In this document: one piece after another, positions 27,261 to 35,889 of the stretch | How the letters are laid out: each line of letters opens with the position of its first letter | Numbering within the stretch: the stretch's first letter is position 1 | Virus record (IMG/VR): IMGVR_UViG_3300046741_000008 | Span: 1-56,043 of that record | DNA length: 56,043 bases | Origin: a virus | Taxonomy: Duplodnaviria > Caudoviricetes | Reading direction: 5' to 3' (one strand) | Notes under the pieces: generated by a model | The model's database searches: none | What the model saw: the letters and a program-made list of their open reading frames with translations, nothing else | Told to the model about the DNA's origin: nothing | Position numbers and translations under genes: made by a program

Positions 27261-27334
27261 TCGACATCTGACGGACCGCGAACCCGCCGGCCTTGGGGAA
27301 ACCTGGGGCCGGCGATCAACCTGAAGGAAGCCTG

Positions 27335-27814
27335 ATGAAGATCGACGACAACGCCGAAGAGAAGATCGCCAAAGCCCGCCGTCGCCAGAGCCGGGATTGC
27401 CCGCTTCTGATCAACGAGGAAGGCCGGCTGATCGCCAACATGCCACTGATCGCCAAAAAGCCGAACTGGCGCCCGTACCGCGGCGACCCGAAGGCTTCGC
27501 TGGCCGATCGCTTGCGCTACCTGCAGGGCCTTGGCCAACGCCGCGCCGTTGTCTTCGAGCAGCCGGAAGAGCCGTTCAACCTGGGCACGGCAACGGCCGA
27601 CGAGATTGTCTCGTTCGCCATGGAGCAATACGGCGCCGCGCTCGACGGTGACATTCCGATCGACCAGTTGCGCCAGCGCTGCTTCCAGCTCTCGCAATTG
27701 CCCGAGCAGGAACTGCAGCACGTCGAAGCAGGTCTTCCGCCTCCGTCCGGCATGGCCGAAGCCTCGGCGGGCCGCCCGCGCGGCCGGCGCCGCAGCAACG
27801 CCGAAGAGGCATAA
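27335..27814 (+). CDS. Hypothetical head-region protein
   Basis: RBS plus ATG; host-like codon usage. Confidence 0.7.
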   Translation: MKIDDNAEEKIAKARRRQSRDCPLLINEEGRLIANMPLIAKKPNWRPYRGDPKASLADRLRYLQGLGQRRAVVFEQPEEPFNLGTATADEIVSFAMEQYGAALDGDIPIDQLRQRCFQLSQLPEQELQHVEAGLPPPSGMAEASAGRPRGRRRSNAEEA

Positions 27815-27817
27815 GCC

Positions 27818-28447
27818 GTGACCAGCGCGTCGACCATCCTCGGCCAGGCCCGGGAAACGCTCATCGATGCCGATGCGACCACCTGGTCGGAGGCTGAACT
27901 GCTGGGCTACCTGCGCATGGCCGTGCACAAGGCGTGCGCGCTGCTGCTGGACCTCTACGTGACGGTCGTCGATCACCCGCTCGATGCGGGCCTGCGCCAG
28001 TACCTTCCTGAGGGTGGGTTGGTGCTGATCGACGCCCCGACGAACGGCGATGGCGGCCCGGTCACCCAGCAGGCTCTGACCGAGCTGCAGCGCATTCAGC
28101 GCGAGTGGGGCGCGGCGACACCCGGGCAGCCGGCTTTCTTCGTGTACGACAAGCGGTCTCCGCTCACCTTTCAGGTCTTCCCGCCGGCCTCGTCCGGAGC
28201 GTCGCTTGAGCTGGTGATCGGCGCGCTGCCGCCCGAGTTCACGTCGAGCGAAGAGATCCCCATCTCGCCCTGGTTCGACACCGCCCTCTGGGCCTTCGTG
28301 GTTGGCATGGCGCTGGCCAAGAACACCACCCGGCAGGATCTGACCAAGACGGCGACCTTCATGGGTGTGTTTAATGCCGACATGGCTGCCTGGAAGGCGA
28401 CCAAGGACGCGACGGTCAGCCCGCCCGACAGACAAGGGGTGCACTGA
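27818..28447 (+). CDS. Head-tail adaptor-like protein (DUF6682-like), copy 1
   Basis: ARETLID...WSEAELLGYL...QYLP...F.VFPP pattern. Confidence 0.7.
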   Translation: MTSASTILGQARETLIDADATTWSEAELLGYLRMAVHKACALLLDLYVTVVDHPLDAGLRQYLPEGGLVLIDAPTNGDGGPVTQQALTELQRIQREWGAATPGQPAFFVYDKRSPLTFQVFPPASSGASLELVIGALPPEFTSSEEIPISPWFDTALWAFVVGMALAKNTTRQDLTKTATFMGVFNADMAAWKATKDATVSPPDRQGVH

Positions 28448-29085
28448 TGCTGGTTTCCGCCTACCTGACCACGCTGCGTGATCGGCTGTTCGACCCGGCG
28501 CCTGGCGCTGGCTGGAGCGATGCCGACCTCATCGGCAACCTGAACGAGGCCATTCGGGCGACGTGCTCGATCAAGCCTGACGCTTACACGCTGCAGGCCG
28601 ACATCGCGCTCGTTGCCGGGGTCGTGCAGGCGCTGCCCGCCGACGGCATCGCGCTGTTCGACATCACGCAGAACACGACCAGCGGGCGCATGGTGTCGCA
28701 GGTTGACCGCTCGATGCTCGACGCCGAGAACCGCTTCTGGCCCGGGGCCACGCAAGAGGTCGACGTTCAGCACTTCACGACCGACTCGCTGGCGCCGACG
28801 CGCTACTACGTCACGCCGCCGAACGCCGGCACCGGGTCTGTAAAGGCCCTCTACGGGGCGCTGCCGACGCCGGTGGCCGCCACAACCGACGACGTGCTGC
28901 TCAGCGACGTGTTCCAGCCCGCGCTGCTGGCCTACACACTGTCGCGCGCCTGGATGAAGCCGGGCCCGCGCAAGGATCCGGCGGCCAGTGCCGCGGCCTT
29001 CAGCGAGTGGGGCACCTTGGTCGGTGCCAAGACTAAGGCCCAGATCGAAACTGCGCCGCGCGTGTCGGCACAAAAGGGGATGTGA
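28447..29085 (+). CDS. Head-tail adaptor-like protein (DUF6682-like), copy 2
   Basis: WSDADLIGNLNEA...KPDA...QALPADG...YYVTPP...ALLAYTLSRAWMK; paralogous to the previous gene. Confidence 0.75.
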   Translation: MLVSAYLTTLRDRLFDPAPGAGWSDADLIGNLNEAIRATCSIKPDAYTLQADIALVAGVVQALPADGIALFDITQNTTSGRMVSQVDRSMLDAENRFWPGATQEVDVQHFTTDSLAPTRYYVTPPNAGTGSVKALYGALPTPVAATTDDVLLSDVFQPALLAYTLSRAWMKPGPRKDPAASAAAFSEWGTLVGAKTKAQIETAPRVSAQKGM

Positions 29086-29720
29086 TGGCTCTTGTCCAAG
29101 TGCTCGACATCTCGGCCCGTGTGCTGCAGGTCGCGCGCAAGTGTCCGAACGGCACGGCTCAGCGGGCCATCATCGACGCCGCGCGCAAGTTGCTCAGGGA
29201 ATCCCGCTGGTACCGATCGACGCTTCCAGGTGCGACGGCGGCCGGGACGGTGGCCTACAACATGGGGAGCGACCCCTACGAGGAAATCATCGGCATCCGT
29301 GCGATGAGCTACACGCAGCCCAACGGCCAGATCCAGCCGATCTACGTGAGCGACCCCACGCAGTGGCTTCCGAACATCGGCCAGGGGGCACCGCGGCTCT
29401 ACGCCTACAACCCGGAAGGCCAGTTCGTGCTCTATCCGACGCCGGATGCGGTCTACCCGCTGACGGTCACGATCGTGCTGATTCCGAAGTCGGGGCAGAA
29501 CAAGGTCGAGGAACGCGTGCTGGCCAAGTGGGACCAGACCATCCAGTCCGGCGCGCTGGCGTACCTGCTCAAGCTCAAGGGCGAGCCCTGGTACGACCCC
29601 AACGAGGCCATGGTGCAGGAGAAGTTCTTTCGCTCCGGCATCAGCAACGCCAAGGCTGACGAACAACGGGCCTACCAGCGCGGCAGCCAGAGCGTGACGC
29701 CGCGCGCCATCCTCGTTTGA
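29085..29720 (+). CDS. Adaptor / tail tubular-like virion protein
   Basis: FVLYPTPD...I..GALAYL...PWYDP pattern of podoviral adaptors. Confidence 0.65.
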   Translation: MALVQVLDISARVLQVARKCPNGTAQRAIIDAARKLLRESRWYRSTLPGATAAGTVAYNMGSDPYEEIIGIRAMSYTQPNGQIQPIYVSDPTQWLPNIGQGAPRLYAYNPEGQFVLYPTPDAVYPLTVTIVLIPKSGQNKVEERVLAKWDQTIQSGALAYLLKLKGEPWYDPNEAMVQEKFFRSGISNAKADEQRAYQRGSQSVTPRAILV

Positions 29721-29732
29721 CAGGGAGATTAG

Positions 29733-30401
29733 ATGTCGGCCTTCAGCATCACCCCCGCGACCGACGTGCCGCCGCCGGCCGCCGACGCGTTTCCTAACTT
29801 TCTGACCTTCCAGAACCAGGGAACAGACCTCGGCCTCCCGGACGCCGACACGCTGAACTTCTCGACGGGCCTGACCGCCACGCGCGGCGTCGGCGAGAAC
29901 AGCAACGTCGTGACGGTCACTGGCGCGGGCGCTGCGGCGGCGACATCAGGCGTGATTGCCCTGACGAGCGATGTCGAGGGCGATGGCGCTTTCGATGACA
30001 CGCCGTTCCCATCGGTGTGGACGGCCACGGTTCTGGTGGCCAACGACTCGTGGACATTCGACGGCGACACCACCACGCTGACGTTCGCCGAGACCGGCGT
30101 GTACCGGGTGATCGCGACATGCTCGGCAACGGCCCAGATAGAGGGTTTCGCGTGGCCGGATGGTGAAACGCACTACGGCTCGACGATCGATGGTGTCGAG
30201 AGCCAGCACTACCGAACCAAGGTCGCAGACACCGCGCACACACCGAGATGGACTGACCAAGTCGTGATCCAGGTCGATACCGCCCCCCAGGATGCCGTCA
30301 CTCAGTTGTACGCCCTATCGGTCGATGACACGGGGACCATCATCGGCCGCTGCTCCATGACGCTTACCATCGAACGCCTGGGCGACGCCCCGGCCCCCTG
30401 A
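29733..30401 (+). CDS. Virion structural protein (beta-rich)
   Basis: Thr/Asp-rich; TFAETGVYRV strand pattern; in the tail operon. Confidence 0.6.
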   Translation: MSAFSITPATDVPPPAADAFPNFLTFQNQGTDLGLPDADTLNFSTGLTATRGVGENSNVVTVTGAGAAAATSGVIALTSDVEGDGAFDDTPFPSVWTATVLVANDSWTFDGDTTTLTFAETGVYRVIATCSATAQIEGFAWPDGETHYGSTIDGVESQHYRTKVADTAHTPRWTDQVVIQVDTAPQDAVTQLYALSVDDTGTIIGRCSMTLTIERLGDAPAP

Positions 30402-30403
30402 GC

Positions 30404-33199
30404 ATGCGAGTAGCCCACGAGAGTTTCCGCGGCATGGTGCCGCTGCTTAGCCCCCGGGCGCTGCCTGACAACGGCGCGCAGGTGGCGCTGAACGCGAACA
30501 TGAAGTCGGGCGATCTCGAAGCCTGGATGCGCCCGCTGCTGTCGAAGCAACTGGCCACTCTGGGGTCAGGCCCCGTCGAGACGATCTTCAAGCTGGGCGC
30601 CGACTGGCTGAGTTTCGAGCAGCGTGTCGAGGTGGCCCGTGGGGCGATCCTGGGCGACACCACGAAGCGGACCTACATCACCGGCCTGGAGGGTCTGGGT
30701 CCACGCTGGACGAACGTCGAGCTCGCCACCACAGGTTCGGAGCCATTCCCCGTCGAGACGCGCCCGCTGGGTGTGCCTGCGCCGGAAGTGGCGCCCGAGG
30801 TCGAGGTGAACCCACCTGCGGTCGTCACAGGCGATGTGCCGGTCCAGAACCCTGGCGCCGAGGATGGCGCGCTCGACTGGACATCGCCGACCGGGCTCAC
30901 GCTCGAAGACCACGACAACAGCTCGATCCCTGGCTTCCTGGCCTACGCCGGCACGCACTACTGGTTCGGCGGTGATAACCCGAGCCTGGAGGCCTACCAG
31001 GACATCGACCTGTCGTCGAACGACATCACCGCCGGGCAGACGCTGGCGCTGTTCTGGCAGCAGGCCGCGAACGCTGACGGCGGCAAGGCCGGCCTGGCGC
31101 TGCAGTTCCTGGACGCCGACGACGTCGAGATCCCGGGCACCGAGGTCGCATCCGAGGTCATGACGATCACGCCCATCCTCACCTGGACCGAGCGCAGCAT
31201 CGTGGCCACCGTGCCGGCGGACGCGGTCAGCGTGCGGATCATGCAGACCTACGTGCGCGACGGTGGTGTAGAGCTCGACGCCTTCGTTGACGCGATCCGT
31301 CTGGACCTGCAGAAATACTCACTGAGCTGGGACGGCTCGAGTCTCACCGGATGGACGGTCAGCAGCAACGGGGGGCCGAGCGAGAACCGCTCCAAGTTCC
31401 TGACGATCGATGACACCTTCGGGCAGCCGCCGCCGTCCTTCAAGTTCGACATGGACAGCCGCGTGCCGTTCATGTACCAGAACCTGAAGACCGATGAGGC
31501 GCCCGCGGTGACCGTGGTCTACGACGTCTACTTCAAGCAGCGCAGCGAGGTCTCGCTGTTCGCCTCCAGCACCGGGGCCCGTATCGCCTTCGCCATGTCC
31601 ATCGAAGAGGGGACGGCGATCGAGTACTTCTCGACGTGGGAATCGGCCGGCGACGGCATCACCAAGGAAACGCTGGACGGCGACCTGAAGCCTTCGAGCA
31701 CGTGGCTGACGGTCACCCTGTCGGCGCAGATCAAGTCCCCCACGCTGGCGCGCGTGACCTGCACGGTGGTCGAGAAGGCGACGGGCCTGATCCTGCTGCC
31801 GGCGACGACGGTCGACTGGACGATCGATGGCGGGAACCTAGCGTTCGCCGCCTACGCGACCAGCCGCTCGCGGACCTGCCACTACGACAACATCCGGGTC
31901 CAGATCAGCCCGCCGGTGAGCGACACCGACAACGTCATCGTCTACACGACCTACGTCTACACGTTCGTCAACGACATCGACGAGGAGAGCGCGCCAAGCG
32001 ACCCCAGCGAGACGGTGCAGCGCAACATCAACAGCTCGGTGGTGGTCACCATGCCAACCTCGGTTCCGACCGGGCTGGACGACTACCACATCGAGAAAAA
32101 GCGGCTCTACCGGGCCGTCACCGGCTCGACGGGCACGGTCTTCCGCTTCGTGGCTGAGCTGGACCTCGCGACCGAGGAGTTCGTCGACAACCTGCCCGAC
32201 GAGGAGCTGGGTGAGGTGCTGGAGACAGAAGGGTGGGATCTGCCGCCGTTCGACCTGCGCAATATCCTGGCGCTGCCGAACGGCATCATGGTCGGGTCCG
32301 CCGGCAATCAGCTCTGCTTCAGCGTCAGCGGTCACCCGCACGCGTGGCCGATCACCTACCGGCTGCCGACCGACACCGATATCGTGGCCTTGGGCAACGT
32401 AGACACCACCGTTTTCCTTGGCACCCAGAGTTTCGTCTACACCGCGAGCGGCAACAGCCCGGACGCCTACTCGATGAGCAAGCCGGGCTCGCCGCACTCC
32501 TGCACGTCCAGGCGTTCCCTGGGCTACCTGACCGGCATCGGCGTCGTGTTCGCCGGTCCGGACGGCCTCATGGTGTCCGCCGGCGCGACGCGGGTCGAGA
32601 ACATGACGGCCAACATCTTCACGCGCGAGCAGTGGCAGGCCCTGGATCCGACATCGATCCTCGGCGTCGCCCACGATGAGACCTACTACTTCTTCTACGA
32701 CGACGGCGTCACGAAGGGCGGCTATGCCCTGGAGCCGGGACCGACAGGCTTCGGCCTGATCTCGCTTGGCATGCACGCCTGCGCTGTCTACGCCGACCCG
32801 ATCGAGGACAAGCTGTATCTGGTGCTCGACGAGTACGAGGAGCCCACCGACGAGTTGCTGCCCGAGCAGACCGGGGTAACGCCGATCGAGCCGGACGGGA
32901 CGGCCATTTACATCTGGAACGGCGACAGCGTGGCGATGAACTACCGCTGGCTCGGCAAGCTGTGGCTGTTACCGCTCGAAGCTGCGTTCCAGCAAGCCAA
33001 GGTGAAGGCGGCCGACTACGATGCGTTGGTGCTGCGCCTGTACCGAGATGGCACGTTGCTGATGGAAAAGCGTATCACCAGCAAGGATGGGTTCACGCTG
33101 CCGATGGTTGAGGCCTACGATGCCTTCGAGATGGAGCTGATCGGCACCAGCCGGGTCCGCACCGTCCAGGCGGTCGAGCAGGTCGAGGAGATCCGCTGA
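30404..33199 (+). CDS. Tail nozzle / stabilisation protein with inserted beta-sandwich domains
   Basis: FRGMVP..SPRALP..AQ.A.N N-terminus; YVYTFVN..EESAPS and LPNGIMVG...PHAWP..Y motifs. Confidence 0.75.
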   Translation: MRVAHESFRGMVPLLSPRALPDNGAQVALNANMKSGDLEAWMRPLLSKQLATLGSGPVETIFKLGADWLSFEQRVEVARGAILGDTTKRTYITGLEGLGPRWTNVELATTGSEPFPVETRPLGVPAPEVAPEVEVNPPAVVTGDVPVQNPGAEDGALDWTSPTGLTLEDHDNSSIPGFLAYAGTHYWFGGDNPSLEAYQDIDLSSNDITAGQTLALFWQQAANADGGKAGLALQFLDADDVEIPGTEVASEVMTITPILTWTERSIVATVPADAVSVRIMQTYVRDGGVELDAFVDAIRLDLQKYSLSWDGSSLTGWTVSSNGGPSENRSKFLTIDDTFGQPPPSFKFDMDSRVPFMYQNLKTDEAPAVTVVYDVYFKQRSEVSLFASSTGARIAFAMSIEEGTAIEYFSTWESAGDGITKETLDGDLKPSSTWLTVTLSAQIKSPTLARVTCTVVEKATGLILLPATTVDWTIDGGNLAFAAYATSRSRTCHYDNIRVQISPPVSDTDNVIVYTTYVYTFVNDIDEESAPSDPSETVQRNINSSVVVTMPTSVPTGLDDYHIEKKRLYRAVTGSTGTVFRFVAELDLATEEFVDNLPDEELGEVLETEGWDLPPFDLRNILALPNGIMVGSAGNQLCFSVSGHPHAWPITYRLPTDTDIVALGNVDTTVFLGTQSFVYTASGNSPDAYSMSKPGSPHSCTSRRSLGYLTGIGVVFAGPDGLMVSAGATRVENMTANIFTREQWQALDPTSILGVAHDETYYFFYDDGVTKGGYALEPGPTGFGLISLGMHACAVYADPIEDKLYLVLDEYEEPTDELLPEQTGVTPIEPDGTAIYIWNGDSVAMNYRWLGKLWLLPLEAAFQQAKVKAADYDALVLRLYRDGTLLMEKRITSKDGFTLPMVEAYDAFEMELIGTSRVRTVQAVEQVEEIR

Positions 33200-33624
33200 T
33201 GGCAACCGGCGCGCAGCTCGGCAAGCCAGCGGTCAACGACCCACGCGAGTTCACGCTGCGCGAGGTGCAGCAGGTCGTTGCCAATATCAGGGAGCGCCTT
33301 CGCATCCTTGATTCCACGCTGTCGACGGTGCAGACCCTCCAGCAGGTGGGCGCCCAGACCGCAGCCGTCGACCTGGCATCGCTGCAGCGGCAGATCACCA
33401 ACCTGTCCCAGGCGCTGGCCGCGCTCACGGCGATCGTGGACGGCCTTGAGCTCGGCGGCTTCACCGACCCGCGCACCGAGCAACTGGCCGGCGAGTTGAT
33501 GGCGCTGCAACTGGAGGTGGACAATCTCGGCAGTCCCGACCCTGGCCGGCTGCCGCAGCTTGAAGCCCAGGTTGGCCAGATTCAGCAGCAGGTCGACAGC
33601 AATAACTGCACGTACCTGATCTAA
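33199..33624 (+). CDS. Coiled-coil virion protein
   Basis: Heptad repeats; coupled to the nozzle gene. Confidence 0.65.
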   Translation: MATGAQLGKPAVNDPREFTLREVQQVVANIRERLRILDSTLSTVQTLQQVGAQTAAVDLASLQRQITNLSQALAALTAIVDGLELGGFTDPRTEQLAGELMALQLEVDNLGSPDPGRLPQLEAQVGQIQQQVDSNNCTYLI

Positions 33625-33632
33625 GGACCGCC

Positions 33633-33980
33633 ATGACGACCGCCACGCCTGTAGTTCTGTTCGACACGCAATTCGCCTCGGACACGGACACCGAGATGTT
33701 CGTGAGCCCGGAAGAGGGCGCCGGCACGACGGTCGACAAGTTCACGGCGACCAACACCGACAGCGTGACGCGCACGATCACTGTGCGGCTGGTGCCGCCG
33801 GACGAGACGCCGACCGGGACGGACTTTCTGATCGTCGATGCACAGACGCTCACCACCGGTCAGCGGTACCTCTTCCCAGAGGTGGTGGGCCAGATGCTCG
33901 CGGCGGGCGGCTCGATACGCGTCCAGGCCAGCGCAGCGAACGTGGTCATCATCCGGGCCAACGGTCGCAACTGGACCTGA
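33633..33980 (+). CDS. Small virion protein
   Basis: TVDKFTATNTD...Y.FPE.VGQ.L..GG pattern. Confidence 0.7.
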   Translation: MTTATPVVLFDTQFASDTDTEMFVSPEEGAGTTVDKFTATNTDSVTRTITVRLVPPDETPTGTDFLIVDAQTLTTGQRYLFPEVVGQMLAAGGSIRVQASAANVVIIRANGRNWT

Positions 33981-33984
33981 CGCC

Positions 33985-34428
33985 ATGGGGGTCTGCGGCA
34001 CGCCCTGGGAAGTCGTGGAGGTCGAGACCGTTTGGGAAGCCGTCTCCTGGCGCATCCCTGCCGATACCCCAGACCCGGAAGAGATCCGGCGCGCTTGCGA
34101 GAGCGGCGAGGCCGTCTGCCTTGAATCCCCGGACGGCGTGCTGATCCTCACCATCACCGAGGACGAGCGAAGCCTAGAATCGGAACTGTTCATCCTGCTG
34201 GCGATCGGGTATCGACCCGGCGCCTTCAAGCGACGAGAACCCGACCTCGACAACATCGCGGCCGATCTTGGCGCCTCAGTGATCATCATGTGCCCTCGCC
34301 GCCGCGGCTGGGCCAGGTTGCTGGGGCAGAACTGGGTCAGGCAGGGTGATGTTTTTGCACGAGAGGTCGACTATGGCAGGCAAGAAGGGGTCGGTTGGTC
34401 AAACGCCGCAGCAGCGGGCGCAAGCTGA
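33985..34428 (+). CDS. Hypothetical protein, possibly GNAT-like, before the ejection genes
   Basis: LFILLAIG...PRRRGWARLL pattern; position typical of podoviral GNAT-like genes. Confidence 0.55.
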   Translation: MGVCGTPWEVVEVETVWEAVSWRIPADTPDPEEIRRACESGEAVCLESPDGVLILTITEDERSLESELFILLAIGYRPGAFKRREPDLDNIAADLGASVIIMCPRRRGWARLLGQNWVRQGDVFAREVDYGRQEGVGWSNAAAAGAS

Positions 34429-35062
34429 AGTAGCGATCCAGCAGCTGCAGGACTTCAAGCAGCGTTGGCGGCCGGTTCAGCAGCAGCTGGCCGAAACCAT
34501 CGTCAAGGCCGGTGGGCGCGAGAGCTTCGAGCGCAAGCAGGCGCAGGGCATGGCCACCACCGACACCGCAGCCCAGTTCGGCGACGCTCAAGAGAAGCTG
34601 CGCGCCGGCTCCGAGGCACAGGGCCTGGGCGGCTCCACCAAGCAGAAGCTGGCCATTGCCGGGCTCGGCGACGACGCCGCGGCCTCCAGTGGCCTGGGTG
34701 TAGCTGGGGCTGACCAACGCATCGACGATGCCTACGTGCAGGGCCTGGGCCAGATCATGGCGCTGGGCCGCGGCGAAAAGGCCACGGCCGTGCAGGGCAT
34801 GGGGCAGATGGCCAGGATGAGCGGGCAGCAGGCGGCCAGCGACGCCGCAATGTCGCTGCAACGGCGCGCCGGCGAGGCTCAGGTCGCCGGCCAGGCGCTC
34901 GGCATGGGCCTGTCAGGCGCCTTCGGTGCGCCGCCGGCGCCGAACTTCAACGCCCCGAACGCTGCGGGCGCCTATCCGAACCCGGCCGGTAGTACCTACG
35001 GCTATCAGGGCGCTGAAATGCCCAATTCGCTGCGCGGCGGCGGCATGGGAATGGGGGGCTGA
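34373..35062 (+). CDS. Internal virion / ejection protein
   Basis: Gln/Ala/Gly-rich and helical; starts MAGKKGS. Confidence 0.65.
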   Translation: MAGKKGSVGQTPQQRAQAEVAIQQLQDFKQRWRPVQQQLAETIVKAGGRESFERKQAQGMATTDTAAQFGDAQEKLRAGSEAQGLGGSTKQKLAIAGLGDDAAASSGLGVAGADQRIDDAYVQGLGQIMALGRGEKATAVQGMGQMARMSGQQAASDAAMSLQRRAGEAQVAGQALGMGLSGAFGAPPAPNFNAPNAAGAYPNPAGSTYGYQGAEMPNSLRGGGMGMGG

Positions 35063-35065
35063 TCG

Positions 35066-35581
35066 ATGGCACAAGCAGGCACCACAGGCGCATGGTCGGG
35101 CTGGCTGTTCAACGACTCCAACTCGGTCAGCGCGCCGATCGCGGAAGGCGCCATCGGCTTCAACGCCAACCCGGGCGCGGCCTCGATGGGGCTGAACCCG
35201 AACAGCAAGAACTTCGCGCAGAACGCCTTCGCGGCGATCACCCGGCAGCAGTGGGATGACTACCTGACGAACTACGTCCCCATGGAAAACCGAATGATCG
35301 ACTACGCCACGGACGAGACGAAGCCCCAGGACATGTCCTACCTCGCCGGGCGCGGCGTCGGCGCGGCGTTCGACCAGCAGCGGCAATCTACCGATCGGCG
35401 CTTGGCCGGGATGGGCCTGCAGCTCACCGACGAGGAGCGTGGCGCCGTCGACAAGCAAAGCCGGCTCAGCGAGAGCCTGGCCACGGTCGGGGCGATGAAC
35501 AACGCGCGGGATGCCACGATGCAGCGGCAGCAGTCGATCATGGGCGCTCCGGCGCCGACTCTTCCGAAAGGGGTGCTTTGA
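35066..35581 (+). CDS. Internal virion / ejection protein
   Basis: Position; TRQQWDDY...Y.P.E motif. Confidence 0.6.
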   Translation: MAQAGTTGAWSGWLFNDSNSVSAPIAEGAIGFNANPGAASMGLNPNSKNFAQNAFAAITRQQWDDYLTNYVPMENRMIDYATDETKPQDMSYLAGRGVGAAFDQQRQSTDRRLAGMGLQLTDEERGAVDKQSRLSESLATVGAMNNARDATMQRQQSIMGAPAPTLPKGVL

Positions 35582-35862
35582 TGGCCTCAGGTTATGGCAT
35601 TGGTGGCGGCCTGGCCGGCATGGGCCAGCAGCAGCAGCAGCAGGCAACCGGGATGCTCGGCGACGCCGCGCAGCAGGAAGCCCAGCGCAACGACCAGAAC
35701 GCGCAGATCGAGGCGCAGCGCAAGGCCGGCAACCAGCAGCTCGGCGCCACGCTGGGCACGATGGGTGGCATGGCCGCTGGCGCGCAGATGGGCGCTGCAG
35801 GCGGACCCTGGGGCGCATTAATTGGCGGCTTGGTCGGAGCAGTCGCGGGTTCACTTTTTTAG
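35581..35862 (+). CDS. Glycine-zipper ejection/pilot protein
   Basis: GxxxG-rich C-terminus GAQMGAAGGPWGALIGGLVG. Confidence 0.65.
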   Translation: MASGYGIGGGLAGMGQQQQQQATGMLGDAAQQEAQRNDQNAQIEAQRKAGNQQLGATLGTMGGMAAGAQMGAAGGPWGALIGGLVGAVAGSLF

Positions 35863-35889
35863 CCCATCGGCGAGGTCATCGGAGGAAAC

